Shown: positions 25,292 to 31,599 of the stretch, one piece after another
Position numbering within the stretch: position 1 is the first letter of the stretch
How the letters are laid out: each line of letters starts with the position of its first letter
DNA from: a virus
Taxonomy: Duplodnaviria; Caudoviricetes
Virus record (IMG/VR): IMGVR_UViG_3300020450_000061
Location: 1 to 31,599 of that record
DNA length: 31,599 nt
Direction: 5' to 3' (one strand)
Position numbers and translations under genes: made by a program
Notes under the pieces: model-generated
What the model was told of the DNA's origin: nothing
What the model saw: the letters and a program-made list of their open reading frames with translations, nothing else
The model's database searches: none

Positions 25292-28200
25292 ATGGCTCTA
25301 AATAAAAAGCTATTTAATACAGCTGGCGAAGATTCTTTTTCACCTAGCGAGCATTTTCAGACAGTTTTATATGAAGGCACTGGCTCAACTCAAAAAGTTG
25401 GGTCTTATATAAATGAAGGAGCGCAATTTGATTCTGGTAATACTTCTTATATAAATTTAAATTCTTTAGATTTTCCAGTTAATGATTTTACTGTTTCGGT
25501 TTGGGTTAAATTATTTACGGTATCTTCTTCGTCTGGCTATGATATGATTTTGACAACTGCTAAGCAAAATAGTGGAGGGTACTTTTATTTAACTTTTGAT
25601 AATAATGTTTTAACTTATTACGAAACTGGTGCTGGGGGTAGTGTGACTTCTAGTACAACCGTTAGTGCTAATCAATGGTATCATGTAGTTTTAACTAAAA
25701 GCTCTTCAGATGGCGTAAAATTATATTTAGATAATGTTTCAGTAGGCTCAAATAGTGGCTATACTTCCAACAATACAGCAAATACAACCTCTGGCGGTCT
25801 TAATACTATTGGTTGGTATAATACTGGTAGCTCAACTACTGCCTCTTTTGATGGCTTAATGGATCAATTTCGTATTTTTTCCAAAGCGCTTTCTACTTCA
25901 GAAATATCTACACTTTATAGCGAAACTTACAGCTCTACTTCCAAGTCGGTTACAGATATTTTTGGAGATAGATCAGCAATAGCATTATATCAATTTGAAA
26001 ACTCTGCAAAAGATACTGGAGGCGCTTCTGGTTATTATGGTGAGGGTGCTATTTTTAATGGTAGTAGTAGTCATATAGATATACCCTCTCCAATACCTTA
26101 CACTAATACTGATTTTAGTTTTACTGGCTGGTTTTATTTAAATTCCTCATTTGGCAGTGGTTTTAAAACTATTATTGGTGCTGGTGACAAGACCACTGGC
26201 GAAGGGATTATAAGACTTCTAATTAGATATAGTAGCTCAAATAATTATACAATTGAGCCAGTTAGAGCCTTTAGTGGTAATTCATATTATACAGCTACCT
26301 CTAATTACACTGCACAAACAATAAACGAAAAAACTTGGTTTCATATTGTATATACTTATACAGCATCTTCAAAATCAGCAAATATTTATTTAAATGGCAG
26401 CCTAGCTTCATCAACAAATTTGACGACTACCTCGACAGATGCTACTAACTCTGGGGTATTAGCTTTAGGTCAATATAGGGATTCAAGTAGTGGTTACTGG
26501 GATGGCAAAATGGATGAAGTTAGAATTTATTCAGACGTTTTAACTTCTACCGAAATAGGATATATATACAATAATACAACCGCATCAATACCGTCAGACA
26601 ATTTAGAGGCTTATTATAAATTTGAAGGTAATGCTCAAGACGAGCAGCAACAATATGACGGAACTTCTACAGATGTAATTTATAGATATGATGGCACTGC
26701 AAGTAATGTTACTTTTCAAGGTGCCTTGAAATTTAAACCAGATTGGATATGGTTGAAGAATTATGACCTAGCTGATGCTCACATGGTTTACGATTCTGTT
26801 AGAGGCGCTTTAAATGTAATATATACACATTCAAACGATCAGCAATATACAGACTCTGGCTCATTGACTTCTTTTGATTCAAATGGTTTTACTTTAGGTA
26901 GTTATACTGGGGTAAATCGTAATGATTATTCGTTTGTCTCATGGGTTTGGAGGTGCGGAGGAGCGCCTACTGCAACAAATACAAATAGTAGTGGTGCTAT
27001 GACTGCAAATAGTGTAAGTATTGATGGTACTTTACAAAGCTCTTATACTCCAAGCGGCTCACCGAATATTTATCCAGACAAAATGAGTATAAATACTAAG
27101 GCTGGTTTTTCTATTGTAAAATATACAGCAGGAAGTTCAAAAGATTATACACAAGCTGTTGGTCACGGATTAGATTCTGCACCAAAAATGATTATCCAAA
27201 AAAGAATAAGTACTGCAAGTTCAGCTTGGTACATAATATTTACTGCGATAGACAATTCAGTAGATTATATGTCATTTGATACTAATCCTAAAAATGATAT
27301 GTCTGGAAGTGATTCTGGTTTTACAATAGGAACTGATGGATTTAGTGATTGGTGGGGTAGTAATTACAACATAATAAATTATTGTTTTCACGATGTAACG
27401 GGTTATCAAAAAATAGGCACATATACTGGAAATGGAGATTCAATAGGTGCAATAGTCCAGACAGACTTTGAAGTTGGATGGCTTTTAATAAAACAAACTT
27501 CTGGCAGTGGTAACCACTGGGTAATAAAAGATAACAAAAGAAGTAGAACAAATCCAAGACAAGAAATACTTAAAGCAAATAAGAGTGATGCTGAAAATAC
27601 TGGTGCTGACGTAGATTTTTTAACTAACGGATTCCAAATAAAATCAGCATCTAATGAAGTAAATGGCGACACTGAAACATATTTATATTGGGCAATAGCT
27701 ACTGACCCTTCAACTGCCGCTACTCCTACTGTTACAAAGTCTTTTGATGTTGTTACTTATGATGGTAATGGTAGTACTCAAGACATAGAATCGGACATTT
27801 CACCAGATTTTATCTGGATTTTTACAACAAGCCATTCAAACTATTCCAATCCTATGTTTGATTCAGTAAGAGGTAAAGATGACCCTCAAGCTGTTTATTC
27901 GGATAGAGATTTAGCTCAGTCAAACGATGGACTGACTGCCTTTAATGATAAAGGTTTTAGTATAGATAACTCTGGTAATGTTAACGCTAGTGGTAAAAGT
28001 TTTGTAGCTTATTTATGGAGTGCTGGTAGTCATGAAGGTAATTTACCTACTTCAAACACAGATGGAAACGTTAAAAGTACTATAAGCGTTAACGCTGCCG
28101 CTGGTTTCTCTATATCTAGAGTGCTTTGCCCTTCTAGTGAACAAGATTTTAACTGGGGTCATGGTCTTGGAGTCAAGCCAGATATGGTACTTATGAAAAA

Positions 28201-28753
28201 ACTTAATAGCACTGGTAACTGGTTTTTCTGGCATAAAGATTTAACAGCTGAACAAAATTATCTTTATTTAAATTCTAGTTTAAATGAAGGAGGTTTAACG
28301 CAAGACGCTAGAATATGGGGAAATCAAACATTTACCTCAACAACTGTTAGCACCAGATCAAATTATACATTTTCAAACGATGACGATGTTATTTGTTATA
28401 GTTGGGCTGAAATTTCTGGATATTCATCAATAGGGTCTTATACTGGGAATGGTAATTCAACTGGTACTATTGTTTATACGACAGATGACGGAACTTCAAG
28501 CGGGAATAATGGATTTAAACCTAGATTTTTACTTTTAAAATGTATTAATTCAAGTGGCACTAATTGGAGAATAATAGATAGTATGAGAGATAAAACAAAT
28601 ACGAGATCAAATTACTTAAATGCTGATACAGATGGTCAAGAAGAAACTGCATACGATCAAGTGGATTTCTTAGATAATGGCTTTCAACTTAGAACTACTG
28701 ACACTTCAATTAATGGTAACGGTAATACTATGATATATTATGCAGTAAAATAA
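25292..28753 (+). CDS. Large adhesin / receptor-binding protein with two LamG (ConA-like) domains and two copies of a repeated beta domain (DUF7483-like)
   Basis: FTVSVWVK..NQWYHVVLT..LYLD..GLMDQFRIFSKALS and FSFTGWF..WFHIVYT..IYLNG..GKMDEVRIYS; twice Y.G.G..PD.IW..DSVRG..AGFSI..GHGL..YTGNG..DFL.NGFQ. Confidence 0.85.
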   Translation: MALNKKLFNTAGEDSFSPSEHFQTVLYEGTGSTQKVGSYINEGAQFDSGNTSYINLNSLDFPVNDFTVSVWVKLFTVSSSSGYDMILTTAKQNSGGYFYLTFDNNVLTYYETGAGGSVTSSTTVSANQWYHVVLTKSSSDGVKLYLDNVSVGSNSGYTSNNTANTTSGGLNTIGWYNTGSSTTASFDGLMDQFRIFSKALSTSEISTLYSETYSSTSKSVTDIFGDRSAIALYQFENSAKDTGGASGYYGEGAIFNGSSSHIDIPSPIPYTNTDFSFTGWFYLNSSFGSGFKTIIGAGDKTTGEGIIRLLIRYSSSNNYTIEPVRAFSGNSYYTATSNYTAQTINEKTWFHIVYTYTASSKSANIYLNGSLASSTNLTTTSTDATNSGVLALGQYRDSSSGYWDGKMDEVRIYSDVLTSTEIGYIYNNTTASIPSDNLEAYYKFEGNAQDEQQQYDGTSTDVIYRYDGTASNVTFQGALKFKPDWIWLKNYDLADAHMVYDSVRGALNVIYTHSNDQQYTDSGSLTSFDSNGFTLGSYTGVNRNDYSFVSWVWRCGGAPTATNTNSSGAMTANSVSIDGTLQSSYTPSGSPNIYPDKMSINTKAGFSIVKYTAGSSKDYTQAVGHGLDSAPKMIIQKRISTASSAWYIIFTAIDNSVDYMSFDTNPKNDMSGSDSGFTIGTDGFSDWWGSNYNIINYCFHDVTGYQKIGTYTGNGDSIGAIVQTDFEVGWLLIKQTSGSGNHWVIKDNKRSRTNPRQEILKANKSDAENTGADVDFLTNGFQIKSASNEVNGDTETYLYWAIATDPSTAATPTVTKSFDVVTYDGNGSTQDIESDISPDFIWIFTTSHSNYSNPMFDSVRGKDDPQAVYSDRDLAQSNDGLTAFNDKGFSIDNSGNVNASGKSFVAYLWSAGSHEGNLPTSNTDGNVKSTISVNAAAGFSISRVLCPSSEQDFNWGHGLGVKPDMVLMKKLNSTGNWFFWHKDLTAEQNYLYLNSSLNEGGLTQDARIWGNQTFTSTTVSTRSNYTFSNDDDVICYSWAEISGYSSIGSYTGNGNSTGTIVYTTDDGTSSGNNGFKPRFLLLKCINSSGTNWRIIDSMRDKTNTRSNYLNADTDGQEETAYDQVDFLDNGFQLRTTDTSINGNGNTMIYYAVK

Positions 28754-28896
28754 TGGAAGATTTAAGAACAATAGGATTAACGATTTTGGCGCTTTTAATA
28801 AGTATGGGTGACGTTATGCCAGTGCTACAAATTATAAGTCTATTGTCCGCTAGTGTTTATTCGATTATAGGTATTGTGAAACGATTAAAGAAGTGA
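28753..28896 (+). CDS. Small two-TM holin-like protein MEDLRTIGLTIL...IVKRLKK (47 aa, not in ORF track)
   Basis: TAATG coupling; two hydrophobic segments and a basic C-terminus. Confidence 0.65.
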   Translation: MEDLRTIGLTILALLISMGDVMPVLQIISLLSASVYSIIGIVKRLKK

Positions 28897-28900
28897 GATT

Positions 28901-29317
28901 ATGAATTTACCAAAAAATGGCGCAGCTCGTGACATAAGACATTTTAGCGGTTCAGTTTTTGTCTTTGTGCTAATAGTAGTTATACTATTTTATTTGACAA
29001 AATATACCATTCCAAAAGAAAATTCAGCTATTGTAAATACTCTAATCGGTATGGTAGCCAGCTCAGTGGCTATGGTCATTTCAAGTATTACTGGTCAGAA
29101 AAAAGATGAAGAAAGACAGCTTAAAGAGCAAATAGAAAAAAAGGATATGCAAATAGATTTTCTAGTAAGAGAAAAAGACAGACTAGAAGGAATGATAATA
29201 GACCTACAAAAGCAAATCCTAGAAAATTACGACAACACTTTAGATCGAGTTTTACTTTCAGAGAGTCTGAAGTATGATCTAAAAAATAACCCTCCTAAAA
29301 ACAAAAAAAATGATTGA
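28901..29317 (+). CDS. Membrane protein with two TM segments and a coiled coil (possibly lysis-related)
   Basis: Hydrophobic aa 17-32 and 45-63 followed by a heptad-like charged region. Confidence 0.65.
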   Translation: MNLPKNGAARDIRHFSGSVFVFVLIVVILFYLTKYTIPKENSAIVNTLIGMVASSVAMVISSITGQKKDEERQLKEQIEKKDMQIDFLVREKDRLEGMIIDLQKQILENYDNTLDRVLLSESLKYDLKNNPPKNKKND

Positions 29318-29465
29318 CTTTTTTAATAACATAAAACAGAAAATAAAAAGCTATGTAATTGTCAACTGGTTAAGCGATAGTATCTTTGATAAGGGTAAAA
29401 TTATCTTTATGGGAGTAGTATTATTCTTTTTACTTGTTAAGATAATCCATGCTATTGTAACGTAA
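29310..29465 (+). CDS. Small membrane protein MIDFFNNIKQ...IIHAIVT (51 aa, not in ORF track)
   Basis: Overlaps the previous stop; C-terminal TM segment. Confidence 0.55.
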   Translation: MIDFFNNIKQKIKSYVIVNWLSDSIFDKGKIIFMGVVLFFLLVKIIHAIVT

Positions 29466-29485
29466 AAACAAAAAAATATATTCAC

Positions 29486-29493
29486 TATATTTG
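29486..29493 (+). promoter_or_regulatory. -7 promoter element upstream of the major tail gene
   Basis: TATATTTG(TA). Confidence 0.6.
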
Positions 29494-29515
29494 TATTAAA
29501 TTTAAAATATAAAAA

Positions 29516-29926
29516 ATGCCTACGACTGGAGTATTTAACGGAACAAATTTATTATTAAAGGTAGAAGGTGCAACGCTTGGACATACTACAAGCTGTACTT
29601 TGAGCTTATCAAATGATTTACCAGAAGCAACTAGCAAAGATAGCAGCGGCTTTCAAGAAGTGATCGCTGGAGTTATGAGCGGTGAAATTTCTTTTGAAGG
29701 TCTTGTAGCTTATGACGATGCTAGTAATGCAGTGGAAATGGCTGATTTTCTTTTAGCTAGAACTCAGATCACTTGCGTTTTTGGTACTGCGCTGACTTCT
29801 GATGAGATTTATACTGCTGAAGGATTCTTAAATAGCGTAGAAATGAGCGCTGAGTCAGAATCCCCAGTAACATACAGCGGCTCAATTACGCTTACTGGTG
29901 CAATCACTAAGTCTACAAATCCTTAA
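29516..29926 (+). CDS. Major tail (tube) protein, TP901-1-like
   Basis: NGTNLLL..TSCTLS..EATSKDSSGFQEVIAG..ISFEGL..TYSGSITLTG; precedes the chaperone and TMP. Confidence 0.88.
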   Translation: MPTTGVFNGTNLLLKVEGATLGHTTSCTLSLSNDLPEATSKDSSGFQEVIAGVMSGEISFEGLVAYDDASNAVEMADFLLARTQITCVFGTALTSDEIYTAEGFLNSVEMSAESESPVTYSGSITLTGAITKSTNP

Positions 29927-29942
29927 TAAGATATAAAACATT

Positions 29943-30314
29943 ATGGCAAACAAAAAAAGAGGGTATTACACCTTAAATATTGGTGGGCGTAAAAGAACGC
30001 TACACTTCTCCATGAACTTTTGGAGCGCATTTACTGAACAATTAGAATTACCGCTAGACAAAATAGGTACTATTTTTGAAGGCGGTATTTCTATTAATGG
30101 TATTAGAGCTTTAATTTATGCTGGATTACTTGCATACGATCAAGAGGAAGGCAACGAAATAGATTACAATGTTTACAAGGTCGGCTCATGGTTAGATGAA
30201 GTCGATGCTAGCGAATTAGAAAAAATTACTAATACAATGCTAGAATCTAAAATTCTAGGCAACGATCTTAACGTAGGCATAAAAAGAAACTCTGAATCTG
30301 AGGGAAAGAAGTAG
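29943..30314 (+). CDS. Tail assembly chaperone (gpG-like)
   Basis: Between the tube and TMP genes; ends EGKK at the slippery site. Confidence 0.85.
   Translation: MANKKRGYYTLNIGGRKRTLHFSMNFWSAFTEQLELPLDKIGTIFEGGISINGIRALIYAGLLAYDQEEGNEIDYNVYKVGSWLDEVDASELEKITNTMLESKILGNDLNVGIKRNSESEGKK
30302..30308 (+). promoter_or_regulatory. -1 programmed frameshift site G GGA AAG
   Basis: Same heptamer as lambda G/GT, in the correct phase; the -1 frame is open to 30643. Confidence 0.9.
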
Positions 30315-30643
30315 CCGACTCCCTAACTTGGGAAATAATACTAGATTATTACATAGGGCAAGTCGGCATAGACCCAGATAATTTTTGGCGATATACTTGG
30401 GCTGAAAATCAGAGGCTAGGCGAATCTTATACTATAAAACAGAATCTAAGCTGGGAGCGTATGAGGTATTTAGCAACTATGATACATAATGTAAATGTCA
30501 CCAAAAGGCAAAATATGCTAAAGCCTCAGAATCTTTTTAGCCTACCTCAAGACAATCTTAAAAGAATTATAAAGCCTAAAAGCACAAAAGAGCAATTTTT
30601 ACAATTTAAAAAGGTTTGTGAAGATGCTGGCATAGAATTTTAA
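30308..30643 (+). CDS. gpT part of the frameshifted chaperone (gpGT about 233 aa)
   Basis: -1 frame reads EVADSLTWEIILDYYIGQVGIDPDNFWRYTWAE... and joins track ORF 30461..30643; PxxFWxxTxxE is typical of gpT. Confidence 0.85.
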   Translation, partial: EVADSLTWEIILDYYIGQVGIDPDNFWRYTWAENQRLGESYTIKQNLSWERMRYLATMIHNVNVTKRQNMLKPQNLFSLPQDNLKRIIKPKSTKEQFLQFKKVCEDAGIEF

Positions 30644-30658
30644 CAAGACTATTTTTTG

Positions 30659-30666
30659 TAATTTTG
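30659..30666 (+). promoter_or_regulatory. -7 promoter element 4 nt before the TMP ATG
   Basis: TAATTTTG-TGAC-ATG. Confidence 0.5.
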
Positions 30667-30670
30667 TGAC

Positions 30671-31599
30671 ATGGCAAATATATTAGAAGTAATTTTAAAA
30701 GGTGACGCTAAACACCTAAACACCTCACTAGGTAAGGCTAGTAGAAATCTTAAAAATTTTGGCGACAGAGCTACTAACTTAGGAAAAAATTTAACTCTAA
30801 AACTTTCAGCTCCCTTAGCACTTGTAGGCGGTAAAGCTCTTAGCTCAGCTATGAACTTCCAGAAATTGCAAACTCAGTTAGATGTACTTACTGGAAGCGC
30901 TGAAGCTGGTGCTGTCGCATTTCAGAAGCTCGTTAAATTTTCAGCTGGGACACCTTTCCAGCTTGACGAACTAGTAAGAGCTAATAATACACTTATGGGC
31001 TTTGGTGTAAGTGCTGAAGATGCTTTTAAACACTTACAATCTATTGGAGATATTGCAGCTGTTTCTGGCGGTGACCTTCAAGGTATTTCAGTTGCTTTTG
31101 GTCAAGTAGCCGCAGCTGGTAGACTTATGGGTCAAGACTTACTCCAGCTTATAAACAACGGTGTGCCTATTATACAAATGCTAGCCGAGTCTATGGGAGT
31201 AGCAGAATCAAAAATTAAAGATATGGTTTCTGAGGGCGCTGTTACTTTTCCAGTGCTTATAAAGGCTTTTGAAGAAGCAACTGGCGCTGGTGGTAAATTT
31301 GAGGGTGGTATGGAAAAGCTCTCGCAAACTTTGGGAGGTGTATTTTCTACATTAAAAGATAATTTGAATATAGCTTTTGCTGAATTAGGAAAAGAGATTG
31401 TAAATACTTTTGACCTTACCAATAACGCTAATGATTTTATAGATTTTATTAGAAATCTTACTGAGAGTTTTAAAAATTTAGAGCCTAGTACCAAGAAAAT
31501 TATTATCGGTATTGGTGGTCTTACAGTTATAATACCTCCTCTTATAGTTGTACTAGGTACGTTAGCAAGCTCCATAGGTACGCTTATTGGCGTTTTTAC
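30671..31599 (+). CDS. Tail tape measure protein, N-terminal part (missing from the ORF track because it runs off the end)
   Basis: MANILEVILKGDAK..VLTGSAE..FSAGTPFQL..IGDIAA..FGQVAAAGRLMGQDLLQL..GVPI tape-measure domain; in frame with 2-1237 through the repeat. Confidence 0.92.
   Translation, partial: MANILEVILKGDAKHLNTSLGKASRNLKNFGDRATNLGKNLTLKLSAPLALVGGKALSSAMNFQKLQTQLDVLTGSAEAGAVAFQKLVKFSAGTPFQLDELVRANNTLMGFGVSAEDAFKHLQSIGDIAAVSGGDLQGISVAFGQVAAAGRLMGQDLLQLINNGVPIIQMLAESMGVAESKIKDMVSEGAVTFPVLIKAFEEATGAGGKFEGGMEKLSQTLGGVFSTLKDNLNIAFAELGKEIVNTFDLTNNANDFIDFIRNLTESFKNLEPSTKKIIIGIGGLTVIIPPLIVVLGTLASSIGTLIGVF
31510..31599. repeat. Terminal direct repeat, copy 2
   Basis: 89/90 identical to 1-90. 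Confidence 0.95.

Noticed and set aside
23966-28753. Diversity-generating retroelement or invertible fibre cassette
   Set aside because: No reverse transcriptase or invertase recognised; the repeats differ at many synonymous positions rather than only at adenines.
30461-30643. Independent 60-aa gene
   Set aside because: Better explained as the end of the -1 frameshifted gpGT.
880-31575. Minus-strand ORFs in the track (for example 880-1125, 2844-3203, 6442-6714, 15098-15349, 31132-31575) and the alternate-frame ORF 14133-14318
   Set aside because: They overlap well-supported + strand genes and show no recognisable motifs; most likely shadow ORFs.

Overview
The window looks like a complete, circularly permuted genome of a small AT-rich tailed dsDNA phage with siphovirus-type morphogenesis genes. 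The unit length is about 31,509 bp: bases 1-90 are repeated at 31510-31599 with one mismatch, and the tape-measure gene runs across the junction. All credible genes are on the + strand. Repeated TAnnTTTG (-7) promoter elements, A-rich leaders without Shine-Dalgarno sequences and a BACON-like domain point to a Bacteroidota, probably flavobacterial, host. Modules: tail tip (1237-4589); early/recombination/replication (4719-10904: Cro-like HTH, ERF, DUF736-like SSB, RecE-like exonuclease, DnaA-C/VRR-NUC fusion, HTH initiator, primase-helicase); packaging and HK97-type head (11031-17679); an accessory small-gene island with its own promoter and terminators plus a PD-(D/E)XK endonuclease (17766-19378); head-tail joining, lysis, fibres/adhesins, tail tube, frameshifted tail chaperone and tape measure (19402-end). 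I recognised no integrase, DNA polymerase, tRNA or CRISPR array. Best leads: (1) two U-rich, terminator-ended candidate small RNAs complementary to the shared leader and start regions of early genes; (2) a portal carrying three extra C-terminal domains that may be protease-released; (3) an amicyanin-like copper-site motif in a tail fibre; (4) near absence of CCTG/CAGG, CCGG, CCCG/CGGG and GGCC; (5) a DnaA domain IV-VRR-NUC fusion. All family assignments come from motif recognition by eye; no searches were run.
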